32,000 bases of DNA from Sedimentisphaerales bacterium (GCA_035528395.1 DATKYR010000156.1:1-32000), one strand, 5' to 3'. Shown: positions 1 through 9,494, counted from the stretch's first letter. Made by a program: numbers and translations. The notes: generated from the sequence alone by a model not told the origin.

Positions 1-147
1 AAAGCCCGATGCCTGCGTTGTCGGTGAAAAAACGTTCTCAACGTGGAGAAAACCACGCCTCCGAGCATTTTTGGCCTGCCGCCTTGGCCTCGAACTTTTC
101 GCTCGGCCTCATAACGACCCGGTTATTCGGATAAGCTCTTACTATTA
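1..147 (-). repeat. Copy A (cut by the window edge) of a ~185-bp structured repeat also present in the glnA leader
   Basis: 1-147 aligns by eye with 9577-9721, with about nine in ten positions identical. Differences cluster at 14, 23-32, 60-62, 124 and 141-147. Shared internal hairpins: cgtgg/ccacg at 42-46/53-57 and cgaacttttcgctcg at 91-105. The ORF at 38-265 lies inside it and is probably spurious. Confidence 0.8.
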
Positions 148-188
148 TGCACTTATGCAGATGAGGCATCACGTTATATAACATATTT

Positions 189-1319
189 TCAAACGTATAT
201 CTCACTTTCTTCAGACACAGGTAATCTATCATCAGGTTGCACATCAAGCCAATGCAGCATACCAAGATTGCGGATAGTAGAGGCGACCGTTGTTTTATCT
301 AATCTCGGTTTCCTTCGCTGCTTCCATTGCATCACTGCTTCAAGGACATCCATTTCCGAGACCGGGGATTTGCTCTTTTGCTTAAGTTCAGTTACGGTAA
401 ATATTACCGTGGCAATTGTTTCCGCTTGTATTGTATCAACTCGCATAAACAAGTCTGTGGTTTTTTCAATTATATAAGCGTATTTTTCCAGCAAAGACTC
501 ATAGCGTCTCCGATATACATCGAAACTTGGACCCACCTTGACTTCAAACATTCTGCCCAAACGCTTTTCCTGCAAAAGGTTATTATTAATCAACTTTGAT
601 TCGGCTATCTTAAGTTCTTTGGAAAATGGCCCGTAACTTGATTTTTGATACATAAATCCTGTAGGCAAACCCTGCTGCGTAGTTACATAGGCGATCTTCT
701 GAAAAATCGTCCTTCCGACAGGACGATGATACGGTTGCTCTTCAATACGGTGTAAAATTTCGACAAGACCTACCCAAGCAGGATTGAACGCAAGCCGGTC
801 TTTTCGTGAGCCATTATGACTCGATTCGACCGTTTTCTCTGTTTTTTTAAGAAATGACTCTGTCAGTTCAGTAGGATTTGTGCCATATGGGGCATACATC
901 TCCACAGGTATATCCATTTTTTTAGCATGATCGTAGATCAACGGACCAACGACTTTCCACTCCAATTGACCGTTCCCGCACCCAAGAGGAGGTATAGCCA
1001 GAGAAGTGATACCCCAACGCTTATAATGCGTTAAAAGGAAATCCAAGCCTTTCTCAATGTCGCTCACTTTTGAAACGGATTTCCAGTGCTCTTTGGTTGG
1101 GAAATTCAAAATTTGCTGGCCGAATAAACTCTTGTAAATGTAGGGCTGGCCGATTCGTACTCCTTGGCGTTCGCATCGCTGCACATAATCCTTGAACATT
1201 TCAGGGAATCGATTCTTAAACTCCAGAGCTATCCCCTTACCCATTATTCCAACACAGTTTACAGTGTTAACAAGGGTTTGCGCTTTTGATTTCAGTATAT
1301 CGCCCACAAGAATCTTCAT
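189..1319 (-). CDS. darG: DarG-like antitoxin: N-terminal macrodomain (ADP-ribosyl-DNA hydrolase type) plus a C-terminal domain
   Basis: 376-aa ORF. The N-terminus ILVGDILKSKAQTLVNTVNCVGIMGKGIALEFKNRFPEMF...LAIPPLGCGNGQL is a typical macrodomain signature. It starts 9 nt after the stop of the DUF4433-like gene, and a GAGG lies in that gap. Confidence 0.85.
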   Translation of the reverse strand: MKILVGDILKSKAQTLVNTVNCVGIMGKGIALEFKNRFPEMFKDYVQRCERQGVRIGQPYIYKSLFGQQILNFPTKEHWKSVSKVSDIEKGLDFLLTHYKRWGITSLAIPPLGCGNGQLEWKVVGPLIYDHAKKMDIPVEMYAPYGTNPTELTESFLKKTEKTVESSHNGSRKDRLAFNPAWVGLVEILHRIEEQPYHRPVGRTIFQKIAYVTTQQGLPTGFMYQKSSYGPFSKELKIAESKLINNNLLQEKRLGRMFEVKVGPSFDVYRRRYESLLEKYAYIIEKTTDLFMRVDTIQAETIATVIFTVTELKQKSKSPVSEMDVLEAVMQWKQRRKPRLDKTTVASTIRNLGMLHWLDVQPDDRLPVSEESEIYV

Positions 1320-1328
1320 GCCAGCCTC

Positions 1329-1925
1329 TTAGAAAAATATATCATTTTTGATACTTACGGTCAATCCTATTCCGAGTTTCTTAAAAGCAACCAAAGCTGC
1401 CTGATTTGCGACAAATGCGCCCAAAATATATTTCGTCTCAACCTTGTCCGGTACAAGAACTTCCGCACACTTGACGGATTTATGTGCCCATTGCTCATAT
1501 TGATTGTCTTGATGTGTCCAGTATTTAGCAAAAAGCTTATCTTTATCAATTGCCGCCAGCCCATCGCTCATGCTGTAAGGTCTTGCCCAATCGCTTGCTG
1601 CATTCCTGTCCGTTATAATAACATTCGGTATATCAAGTACTGATGTATCAATCCTCAAAACGCATATTTTGTCATTAAAATTTTGCCTTTTACACAACAT
1701 AGGATTATGGGCATCAAAATAGAGATTTGCATAATCATGCAGTTTCTTGTTCGTTCCAGGAATTTTTTTGATCTTACGCTTCTCCTGCATTTTTGGCATT
1801 GCGATAGAATCATCATGGGGAATTTTAACAGACTTATTGTGGGATAATATCCCGTACTCAATAATAGACCGGACATTGGAAATAAGAGTAATAAAGTACA
1901 ATTCTTTAACATCAGAACGGTCCAT
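1329..1925 (-). CDS. darT: DarT-like (DUF4433) ssDNA ADP-ribosyltransferase toxin
   Basis: 198-aa ORF. Segments recalled from the DUF4433/DarT family: N-terminal LYFITLISNVRSIIEYGILS, central ANLYFDAHNPM, and C-terminal KCAEVLVPDKV with a candidate catalytic Glu. It lies immediately upstream of the macrodomain gene, the canonical darT-darG order. RBS AAGGAAA precedes the ATG. Confidence 0.8.
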   Translation of the reverse strand: MDRSDVKELYFITLISNVRSIIEYGILSHNKSVKIPHDDSIAMPKMQEKRKIKKIPGTNKKLHDYANLYFDAHNPMLCKRQNFNDKICVLRIDTSVLDIPNVIITDRNAASDWARPYSMSDGLAAIDKDKLFAKYWTHQDNQYEQWAHKSVKCAEVLVPDKVETKYILGAFVANQAALVAFKKLGIGLTVSIKNDIFF

Positions 1926-2087
1926 TACCGTATTTCCTTATACTGCTTCATGCATTCCCCATTCTTTCTCCTTTAAACTTTGGGGTCTTTTTCTGGTGAC
2001 TTTAACATTGTAATAGGAGAAATCTTTGTTAGAGGATAACGTCTTTTCTTGTCGTGGGAAAGGTAAATCCCGATTTGGGTCGAATTT

Positions 2088-2840
2088 CTAACGGGGCCAG
2101 TCTGTGCCTTTGATGCCTCGAACTGTCAGGTTTGCGTTGGGAAGCCCATCCCGAGCGGGTCGAATCTGTTTGGCTTTAAGGAAAAGAACCTGGCCGTCAA
2201 CGAAAAGATAATTCCTGCTGCCTTCCCAACACCACCACCCTTGGTCATCATTGATGGGTAAGTGACTGCTGAGCCATTCGCCGATAAGAATCTTGCCGGA
2301 GGGTTTGGCTACGTCCGTGTTTTTCTGTGGGATGGAGGGTTGAGGATTGGCGTAGGTGTCGGCAGGACTGTTCATATCGTCAATCTGCTCGGGGCTGTGG
2401 TAAAAGGCCATCGAGTAGGAGTAACTGGTGGACTCGTATTTGTCTTTTGCGATATGGTCCTGCGGACAGAACAGAACCGAAGGGTTATTAGCATCGATAT
2501 TGCCGCCTATATAAGGCTCGACAAGGAAGCGCCAGCCGCGACCCATCCACAGCCAGTAAGGCGGCTCCGTTGAGACAGGATCCTGGGCACAGGGATAAGT
2601 GTTGTCGTTTTCATTGAGATAGAAGCTCACGGCCAAGTCGATTTGCCTGAGGTTATGGGCGCACCTGAGGCGCATCGCCATAGACCTGGCTTTTCGAAGC
2701 GACGGCATAAGTATAGAGAGCAAAAGAGCGATGATTGCTATTACAACGAGCAGCTCTATAAGGGTAAATCCCGGTCGAAGTTTTTTAACAATCGAGCCGG
2801 AACAAGGGCGGTCTGTATTGGATGTTTTGGATCTTATCAT
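2088..2840 (-). CDS. Prepilin-type N-terminal cleavage/methylation-domain protein (DUF1559-like pseudopilin-like protein)
   Basis: Contains [25 protein letters not shown], a class III signal with a hydrophobic helix. The C-terminal NYLFVDGQV resembles the DUF1559 terminal motif. I start it at the ATG at 2840 (MIRSK...) because the longer ORF to 2951 would overlap the glmS 3' end. It begins 13 nt downstream of the glmS stop. Confidence 0.8.
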   Translation of the reverse strand: MIRSKTSNTDRPCSGSIVKKLRPGFTLIELLVVIAIIALLLSILMPSLRKARSMAMRLRCAHNLRQIDLAVSFYLNENDNTYPCAQDPVSTEPPYWLWMGRGWRFLVEPYIGGNIDANNPSVLFCPQDHIAKDKYESTSYSYSMAFYHSPEQIDDMNSPADTYANPQPSIPQKNTDVAKPSGKILIGEWLSSHLPINDDQGWWCWEGSRNYLFVDGQVLFLKAKQIRPARDGLPNANLTVRGIKGTDWPR

Positions 2841-2853
2841 CAAGCGAGACAGT

Positions 2854-4722
2854 TTACTCGACTGTAACACTTTTTGCAAGGTTTCGGGGTTTGTCGACAT
2901 CGTGCCCACGGAGGACAGCGGCGTGATATGCCAAAAGCTGCAGGGGCACAACAGTCAGCATCGGCTGCAAAAGCTCCGGAGCATTGGGTATGGTAATTAA
3001 ATGGTCGGAGTATTGTTTGATATTCTCGTCGCCCTCGGTTGCGACAACGATGGTTTCGCCGCCGCGTGCCCTGACTTCGGCGATATTGCCTATAATCTTG
3101 TCATATTGCGGCCCGGCTGTGGCGATGAAAACCGCGGGCATACCATCGGCAATCAGAGCAATTGGGCCGTGCTTCATCTCCGCAGCGGGCAGGCCTTCGG
3201 CGTGGATATAGCTTATCTCTTTGAGCTTGAGGGCACCTTCGAGGGCGACAGGATAATTGACGCCTCTGCCCAGGAAAAGCCAGTTGTCCTGGTCGATATT
3301 TGCCGCGGCGATTTGTTTAATGTGGTCGGATTGGTTTAGTATTTGGCTTATCTTATCAGGTATTTTGGAAAGTTTCTCGATGTATTTGCTTGCCCGGTCG
3401 CTGCTGATGTGTCTTCTTCTGCCTAATTCGATTGCGAGCATTGTCAGGACTGCCACCTGTGCGGTAAAGGCCTTTGTGCTGGCAACGCCGATTTCGGGAC
3501 CCGCGTGCAAATATATCCCTGCGTCTGTAGCTCTGGCGATGGAAGAACCGACGACATTGACAATACCAAGAACCGTTGCTCCCCGCTCTTTGGCTTCCTC
3601 TACCGCGGCGAGGGTGTCGATGGTCTCTCCGGACTGGCTTATTGAAATGACGACGGTGGCGTCTTCGATGATTGGGTTGCGGTATCGAAATTCGCTGGCG
3701 TATTCGGTTTCCGCCGGGATACGCGCCAACTGCTCAAACAAAAATTCACCGACGAGGCCGGCGTGGAACGCCGTTCCGCAGGCGGTCAGGATGAGCCGCT
3801 TGGTGCGCGTCAGGTCGCGCAGGTATGAATCTATACCGCCAAGTCTAATCCTGTTGTTTTGGCGGTCAATTCGACCACCCATGCAGGTGCTCAGGGCCTT
3901 GGGCTGCTCGAATATCTCTTTGAGCATGTGGTGGGGGAAGTCACCTAACTCGATTTGTTCCAATGAGAATTCAATTTGCTGTAGTTCTTTGCTGACGGTG
4001 ATGTTATCAATTGTTTTGGTATGGAATCCCTCCGGCGTGATGGTAACCATTTCGTTATCGGCAAGATATATTGCCTGGGTCGTGTGCTCGATGATTGCGG
4101 CGGCGTCCGAGGCCAGGATATATTCGTTATCGCCGACGCCTAAAATCAAGGGACTGCCCTTTTTGGCGCCGATGATGGTATCGGGGAAGTCTGAGCAGAC
4201 AATCGCCAGGCCGAAGGTGCCATGTACTTCCTGCAGGGCCCGCTGGACCGCCCATTCGAATTTGTTCTGACCATCGGGTTTCTTTTGCTCGTCCCCGTTG
4301 TCCGGGTTGGCATAAAAATAGCCGATTAAGTTTGCTATCACCTCGGTATCTGTTTCGCTGGCAAACTCAAATCCCTCGTTTTGGAGCCAGGTCTTCAGCG
4401 TTCCGTAGTTTTCAATGATGCCGTTGTGGACGACGGCGATTTTACCGGTGTAGTCCAGATGGGGATGGGCATTAACAGAGTTCGGCTTTCCGTGAGTGGC
4501 CCAGCGTGTATGGCCGATACCGAAGGTCTCGGCGGTATTTGGTTCGTCTAAAATCTCTTCCAGAGCGCTGATTCTGCCGCTGGTTTTTTGGATTCTTATA
4601 GCACCGCTGCCTAACAGCGCCACTCCGGCAGAATCGTAGCCGCGATATTCCAGCCGCTTTAAGCCCTCTATGAGGATTGGCTGTGCTGCTTTTTTGCCGA
4701 GATAAGCTACTATGCCGCACAT
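2854..4722 (-). CDS. glmS: Glutamine--fructose-6-phosphate aminotransferase (isomerizing)
   Basis: 622 aa. N-terminal MCGIVAY nucleophile Cys, two SIS-domain regions, and the canonical C-terminal ...[11 protein letters not shown]. Confidence 0.97.
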   Translation of the reverse strand: MCGIVAYLGKKAAQPILIEGLKRLEYRGYDSAGVALLGSGAIRIQKTSGRISALEEILDEPNTAETFGIGHTRWATHGKPNSVNAHPHLDYTGKIAVVHNGIIENYGTLKTWLQNEGFEFASETDTEVIANLIGYFYANPDNGDEQKKPDGQNKFEWAVQRALQEVHGTFGLAIVCSDFPDTIIGAKKGSPLILGVGDNEYILASDAAAIIEHTTQAIYLADNEMVTITPEGFHTKTIDNITVSKELQQIEFSLEQIELGDFPHHMLKEIFEQPKALSTCMGGRIDRQNNRIRLGGIDSYLRDLTRTKRLILTACGTAFHAGLVGEFLFEQLARIPAETEYASEFRYRNPIIEDATVVISISQSGETIDTLAAVEEAKERGATVLGIVNVVGSSIARATDAGIYLHAGPEIGVASTKAFTAQVAVLTMLAIELGRRRHISSDRASKYIEKLSKIPDKISQILNQSDHIKQIAAANIDQDNWLFLGRGVNYPVALEGALKLKEISYIHAEGLPAAEMKHGPIALIADGMPAVFIATAGPQYDKIIGNIAEVRARGGETIVVATEGDENIKQYSDHLITIPNAPELLQPMLTVVPLQLLAYHAAVLRGHDVDKPRNLAKSVTVE

Positions 4723-4953
4723 TTGTTATCCCAAATATTCGTTAATCAAGCGGAGTCTTGTTGAAAGTTAAATCGGCAAAAAGCACCTTCGCCATAACGC
4801 AATGCCGGAAAGAAAAACACATTCTCACAATTTTAGTTAAGTTCTGATTATTATTATGGGGCGATTCTGTTTGTTCGGCAAATCAGTTCTACTAATAGCT
4901 CTATCAGATATTACTATTTGACGAAGGAGCTTTTATGTCGTTAAATTTGAATT

Positions 4954-5571
4954 ATGATAGTGGTTATTGATTACAATGTCGGTAATGTTAAAAGCGTGTG
5001 TAACGCGTTTCGGTTTATCGGCTGCGAGGCAAAGCTTAGCTGTGAACCTAAGACCATTGAAAATGCCACCGGCATTGTTTTGCCCGGAGTCGCCGCCTTC
5101 GGTTATGCTGTCAGCGCATTAGGCTCCCTTGCTGAGCTGATAAAAGAGGTTGCTCTGGGCGGCAAGCCGCTTTTGGGTATTTGTGTTGGCTATCAGATGC
5201 TTTTCGAGCAGAGCAGCGAATACGGCCGACACGACGGCCTGGGGTTGGTGTCCGGAAATGTTGTTCCTATTCCGGCCGGGCGGGTGGTTCCGCATATGGG
5301 CTGGAATTTAGTGAAGCTGCCGGAAGATATGGAATTGTTCGCCGGGCTGGGGAGTGAAAAACATTTTTATTTTGCGCACTCTTTTTATGCTGAGGTTGCG
5401 GACAGCGGGGCCAGGGTCGCATTTACCGATTACGGTTTTGATTTGCCCGCTTCGGTCCAGAAGGCGAATATATACGGGACGCAGTTTCATCCGGAAAAGA
5501 GCGGCGGGGCCGGCCTGAAGGTCCTGGAGAATTTTTATGAGATTTGTAAACGGGAAGCGCTGAAATGCTGA
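4954..5571 (+). CDS. hisH: Imidazole glycerol phosphate synthase, glutamine amidotransferase subunit
   Basis: 205 aa. [15 protein letters not shown] start, GICVGYQML catalytic Cys motif, and QFHPEKSG. Overlaps hisF by 7 nt. Confidence 0.95.
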   Translation: MIVVIDYNVGNVKSVCNAFRFIGCEAKLSCEPKTIENATGIVLPGVAAFGYAVSALGSLAELIKEVALGGKPLLGICVGYQMLFEQSSEYGRHDGLGLVSGNVVPIPAGRVVPHMGWNLVKLPEDMELFAGLGSEKHFYFAHSFYAEVADSGARVAFTDYGFDLPASVQKANIYGTQFHPEKSGGAGLKVLENFYEICKREALKC

Positions 5572-6329
5572 CCAAAAGAATTATTCCCTGTCTCGATGTT
5601 AAAGATAACCGGGTGGTTAAGGGCATCAATTTTCTGAATCTTCGCGATGCGGGTGACCCTGTGGAATTAGGTGCGCGATACAGTGACACCGGTGCCGATG
5701 AGCTGGTATTTCTCGATATTACCGCGACCATTCACTTTCGTAAAACGATTGTCGAGCTTGTCGAGAAGGTTGCCGAAAACGTCTTCATTCCGTTTACGGT
5801 GGGCGGCGGCATACAGACGGTCGAGCAAATCGACGAGCTTCTGCGAAGCGGGGCGGAAAAAGTGTCGGTAAACACCGCAGCAGTTCAGAATCCGGAGCTG
5901 CTTGCTGAAGCGGCCCGTCGTTTTGGAAACCAGTGTGTTGTTCTTGCCATTGATGCCCGCCGGTCGAAAGAGCGTCCCGGCAAATGGCAGGTCTGTGTCA
6001 AGGCCGGCTCGGAACCGACCGATATTGACGTGGTTGAATGGGCTGTTAAAGGCGAAAAGTTGGGCGCGGGCGAAATTTTGCTGACAAGTATGGACGCCGA
6101 CGGCACGAAGGCAGGTTATGATAATGAGCTCAATAAGGCGGTTACCGATGCGGTCAATATTCCTGTGATCGCCTCCGGCGGGGCGGGGACGCTGGAGCAC
6201 CTTTACGATGCCATTGTTGACGGCGGCGCAGACGCAGTCCTTATGGCTTCAATAACACACTTTGGAAATTACACCATAAGACAAATGAAAGAATACCTGG
6301 CAGAGCGCGGCATCCCTGTAAATCTATAA
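5565..6329 (+). CDS. hisF: Imidazole glycerol phosphate synthase, cyclase subunit
   Basis: 254 aa. [23 protein letters not shown] and IASGGAG motifs typical of HisF. Confidence 0.97.
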   Translation: MLTKRIIPCLDVKDNRVVKGINFLNLRDAGDPVELGARYSDTGADELVFLDITATIHFRKTIVELVEKVAENVFIPFTVGGGIQTVEQIDELLRSGAEKVSVNTAAVQNPELLAEAARRFGNQCVVLAIDARRSKERPGKWQVCVKAGSEPTDIDVVEWAVKGEKLGAGEILLTSMDADGTKAGYDNELNKAVTDAVNIPVIASGGAGTLEHLYDAIVDGGADAVLMASITHFGNYTIRQMKEYLAERGIPVNL

Positions 6330-6334
6330 CGTAA

Positions 6335-7008
6335 AGATATAAATAGTCTCATGGGTGGCACGCTCAAAATCTTTTTGGGCGTGCTCTTATGTAGCAGGGA
6401 AACTGTCAAAATCTATTGGCATCTGTCCACAGCCCGTGCCCTGCCAGTCTCTGATGCTGGAATAATACCATTGCTCAGCAGAAGCGACCAGTTCTCGCCG
6501 AACCGGATTGTTATGAATATACCTTACAGCATTTATGATTGTCTGGGGCGATGTGATGTTTCTGTCATATCCACCGCCAGACTGCCAAAAATGATAAGGC
6601 CTATTTTTCTGTCCGGTAGCAAGTGACTTCAACCCATTCGGATTATGTTTTTTAAGGTATATAATAGCCTTGCGCGAAACAGATTGTTTTATGGAAAGTA
6701 ATATCTGCGATATCGAATAGTCTGGCTTTCGCGGGCATATAAGAAGATGCGCATGTTCGGGCATAAATACATAAGCCCATAAATCAAAATCATACTTTTC
6801 TCTGGCCTGAACAATGGAATCAGTCAAATATTGACAGATTCTGTCACTTGACAAAAACGCACGATTACGATAACAACTAAACGTTAATTCGTGCGCGTGA
6901 CCGGGGAAATTATAGCGACGACATCTTTTTCGATGTACCCCTTCGGTATCCATGCCCGTATCATATCAGCTCAACCACCTCCAAACAAGTTTGAAGGTGC
7001 CACCCGTT
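6335..7008 (-). mobile_element. IS200/RAYT-type Y1-transposase unit with subterminal hairpins and a 9-bp terminal inverted motif
   Basis: Begins 6 nt after the hisF stop. GGGTGGCAC at 6353-6361 is inverted relative to GTGCCACCC at 6997-7005. Left hairpin: gcacgc/gcgtgc within 6358-6384. Right hairpin: cacctccaaac/gtttgaaggtg within 6975-6999. Both ends recur in the mini-copy at 7069-7217. Confidence 0.7.
6387..6953 (-). CDS. Y1 (HUH) tyrosine transposase, REP-associated (RAYT)/IS200-like
   Basis: 188 aa. HUH motif in FMPEHAHLLI and the catalytic Tyr context RYIHNNPVRRELV, the typical Y1_Tnp layout. Confidence 0.85.
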   Translation of the reverse strand: MDTEGVHRKRCRRYNFPGHAHELTFSCYRNRAFLSSDRICQYLTDSIVQAREKYDFDLWAYVFMPEHAHLLICPRKPDYSISQILLSIKQSVSRKAIIYLKKHNPNGLKSLATGQKNRPYHFWQSGGGYDRNITSPQTIINAVRYIHNNPVRRELVASAEQWYYSSIRDWQGTGCGQMPIDFDSFPAT

Positions 7009-7068
7009 ATTTTATCAGTCCTTTGGGGTGAGAAATCGGCGAGGCATCCCTATGAGTTTCTAATTTAG

Positions 7069-7217
7069 AGATATAAATAGTATTATGGGTGGCGCGCTCA
7101 AAATTTTTTTGGGCGTGCTCCTACGTAGCGGGTGAAATGTTAAAATCTATTAGTGTCAATCCAGTGCCTGTATCATATCGGTTCCCCCACCTCCAAACAA
7201 GTTTGAAGGTGCCACCC
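7069..7217 (-). mobile_element. Internally deleted (MITE/PATE-like) derivative of the adjacent Y1-transposase unit
   Basis: 7069-7150 matches 6335-6418 (left end) and 7163-7217 matches 6956-7005 (right end). The transposase body is missing. It keeps GGGTGGCGC (7087-7095) and GTGCCACCC (7209-7217) and both hairpins. Confidence 0.75.
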
Positions 7218-7251
7218 TGTTGATATTTCCAGCCTTAAAATGCAATAACAG

Positions 7252-7288
7252 AATAGGGAACGCGGCTTCCTATTTTATTTCTTCTTTT
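7252..7288 (+). terminator. Intrinsic terminator-like hairpin plus T-tract on the plus strand
   Basis: aatagggaa (7252-7260) pairs with ttcctatt (7267-7274) with one bulged G. The loop is cgcggc, followed by ttatttcttctttt. The only upstream plus-strand genes are hisHF. Confidence 0.4.
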
Positions 7289-7491
7289 GATTTTCAATTC
7301 ACACTTTTTTAGAAAAGTCAGCCGAAAAAAAGTCAATCACCCGGTTTGGTCTCGAAGTCTCGGTGTTACAGCCACGGTAATTCGTCGATGTTGTTTTGTA
7401 TGATGTAGAGCTTGCCCCAGATTTTCTTGGTCTTATGCGGGGCAAGGCCCCCGATTTGCGGGTTGGCGTGGGTATCTAATGCGTATGTTAT

Positions 7492-7941
7492 TCACTTGAG
7501 CCATTCGTAAAGCTCGTAATGGTGTTTGTTCATGCCCAGCTTTTCATACACTTCCTGTGCCAGCTTGTTTCGCTTGTCCACGTAAAGACGTATCCCTGCC
7601 AGCTCCGGCGACTGCTCCACCTGCTTTTCCAAATTCAAGTACAGCTTTTTGAACACCCCTTGTCCTCGCGCTTCGGGAATGACATAAAGCGAATGTATCC
7701 ACAGCACGGTTGCATTCCGCCAGTCACTCCATTCCGGTATTGCCAGAAGCACACCCAGGACCTTGCCTTTTTCCTCCGCCACCCAATAGGTCCCTCGTGC
7801 CGGTTCCTGGAAAACGCCGCGCACCCCCCTGCTCACCACCGTCTTATCCAGCCCAAGCCCCTCCGTCTCCCGTGCCATCTGCAGCTGCAGCTCAACGATA
7901 TGTTCCGAGTCACCCAACTTTCCTTTGCGAATCTCAATCAT
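7492..7941 (-). CDS. GNAT-family N-acetyltransferase
   Basis: 149 aa. LYVIPEARGQGVFKKL is an acetyl-CoA-binding Q/RxxGxG/A-type motif, and the domain length is typical of GNATs. Confidence 0.85.
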   Translation of the reverse strand: MIEIRKGKLGDSEHIVELQLQMARETEGLGLDKTVVSRGVRGVFQEPARGTYWVAEEKGKVLGVLLAIPEWSDWRNATVLWIHSLYVIPEARGQGVFKKLYLNLEKQVEQSPELAGIRLYVDKRNKLAQEVYEKLGMNKHHYELYEWLK

Positions 7942-7993
7942 CCCAGCAAGCCTATGCTTTTACAATAATTAGTCGTTCGGTCATATTGCCCTG

Positions 7994-8153
7994 GTAGTCT
8001 GTCAAGCTTGAATCTGTAAGTTATCATTCTCATGATTGAGTGGCAGCCTCAAAGCCGAAGGCTTTGGGGATGGTGAATACAGGGGACGCCATCCCCAAGC
8101 TGCGCTTGAGGCTGCCACCCTTCGAAACTATCAAATCAAATTTGACAGACTAC
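7994..8153. repeat. Nested palindromic (REP/MITE-like) element between glnA and the GNAT gene
   Basis: Three concentric inverted repeats. Outer: gtagtctgtcaa 7994-8005 with ttgacagactac 8142-8153. Middle: gtggcagcctcaa 8040-8052 with ttgaggctgccac 8106-8118, a perfect 13 bp. Inner: ttggggatgg 8064-8073 with ccatccccaa 8089-8098. Confidence 0.75.
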
Positions 8154-8165
8154 TGGCCGAAAAGC

Positions 8166-9494
8166 TTAGAAGGTGTCTAAATACGTATCTATTTCCCAGT
8201 TTGTAACCTGTTTTTTAAACTCGTCCCACTCTTTTGTCTTTACGTCAATGTATCTTTCAAACAAGTGCTCTCCGAGAACCTCCTGCAAGACTTTGTCCTT
8301 TTTCAGGGCGTCCAGGGCCTCGGTCAATGATGTCGGCAGAATATCGATGTTTTTCTGGACCAGACTTTCAACATCGAGACTGTATATATCTTCTTCGACC
8401 GGCTCAGGCGGTGTCAGGTCATTTTTAATTCCGTCCAGCCCCGCTCTTAGCATAACAGCAAATGCCAGATATGGATTGCAGGCGGGGTCGGGACATCGCA
8501 GCTCGATGCGAGCGGCTTCGCTTTTGGCCTTGAACCATTTCGGCACTCTCAAAAGTGCCGAGCGGTTCATAGCAGCCCAGGTAATATAAACAGGTGCTTC
8601 GAATCCGGATACCAGTCTCTTATAGGAGTTGACAGTAGGGCAGAGAATAGCGCACATTGCGTTTATGTGTTTTATCTGGCCGGCAATAAAATTAAAAGCG
8701 ATTTTCGACAAATTGTACTTATGGCCCTTGTCGTAAAAGGCATTTGTTTTCGATTTGGTGTCAAACAGGCTTTGATGGACGTGCATTCCAGAGCCGGCCC
8801 TGCCCATCATCGGTTTCGGCATAAAGGTCGCGTGCAAATTTTGCATTTGGGCGATTCTCTTGGCCGTGTATTTTAATGTGAGCACCTTGTCGGCCACATC
8901 CAGACATTGTCCGTAATTGAAATCTATTTCATATTGGCCGAAGCCGACCTCGTGATGAGACGTTTCGACCTTAATCCCAAAACTTTCCAGTGCGGCTATT
9001 ATCTTTTTTACGGCCCTGTATCCTTCATGAGAGGTGAGGTCGAAATATCGGCCGTGATCTATGGGCGTGGTTCTGTTTTGGCCGTCGGTTCTGAACAAAT
9101 AGAATTCCGGCTCAGGCCCGACGTTGTATTCAAAACCTTCTTTTGCGGCTTCGGCGGCTGCCTGTTTGAGAATATACCTTGGGTCTCCCTCGAAGGGTTT
9201 GCCGTCCGGGCGGTAGATATCGCATATCAGCCTTGCTGTTCTGCCGTCTTCGGTCAGCCAGGGCACAACGGCGTAAGTTGCCATATCCGGCTTCAAAAAC
9301 AGGTCGCTTTCCTGTATTCGGGCAAAGCCTTCGACCGAAGAGCCGTCAAACCAGACGCCGTCGCGTGATGCATCCTCTAATTCTTCAACCGGTAAGATGA
9401 GCTCCTTTATGACGCCTAACAGGTCGGTAAATTGCAGGGTGATAAATTTTATATCGTCTTTTTTCGTCTGCTCCAAAACCTTCTGAATTTCCAT
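8166..9494 (-). CDS. glnA: Glutamine synthetase, type I
   Basis: Motifs FITLQFTDLLG, GPEPEFYLF, MPKPMMGRAGSGMHVHQSL and NSYKRLVSGFEAP. The start is set at MEIQKV (ATG at 9494), which is preceded by AAGAGGAAA. The longer ORF to 9578 runs into the upstream structured repeat. Confidence 0.95.
   Translation of the reverse strand: MEIQKVLEQTKKDDIKFITLQFTDLLGVIKELILPVEELEDASRDGVWFDGSSVEGFARIQESDLFLKPDMATYAVVPWLTEDGRTARLICDIYRPDGKPFEGDPRYILKQAAAEAAKEGFEYNVGPEPEFYLFRTDGQNRTTPIDHGRYFDLTSHEGYRAVKKIIAALESFGIKVETSHHEVGFGQYEIDFNYGQCLDVADKVLTLKYTAKRIAQMQNLHATFMPKPMMGRAGSGMHVHQSLFDTKSKTNAFYDKGHKYNLSKIAFNFIAGQIKHINAMCAILCPTVNSYKRLVSGFEAPVYITWAAMNRSALLRVPKWFKAKSEAARIELRCPDPACNPYLAFAVMLRAGLDGIKNDLTPPEPVEEDIYSLDVESLVQKNIDILPTSLTEALDALKKDKVLQEVLGEHLFERYIDVKTKEWDEFKKQVTNWEIDTYLDTF

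Noticed and set aside
3257-4270. Long antisense ORFs: 337 aa opposite glmS, plus similar ones at 5667-6200, 7519-7968, 12102-13644, 14920-15709 and 20846-21478
   Set aside because: Each lies opposite a gene with unmistakable family motifs. Their translations are low-complexity (R/S/P/A-rich) with no recognisable domains, the typical shadow ORFs of moderately GC-rich coding DNA.
4723-4953. Possible glmS ribozyme in the 231-nt region upstream of glmS
   Set aside because: Reading the minus-strand leader, I could not find the conserved ribozyme core as I recall it (AGCGCC...GACGAGG...). The region is AT-rich and also has to hold the divergent hisH promoter. A cmscan would be needed for certainty.
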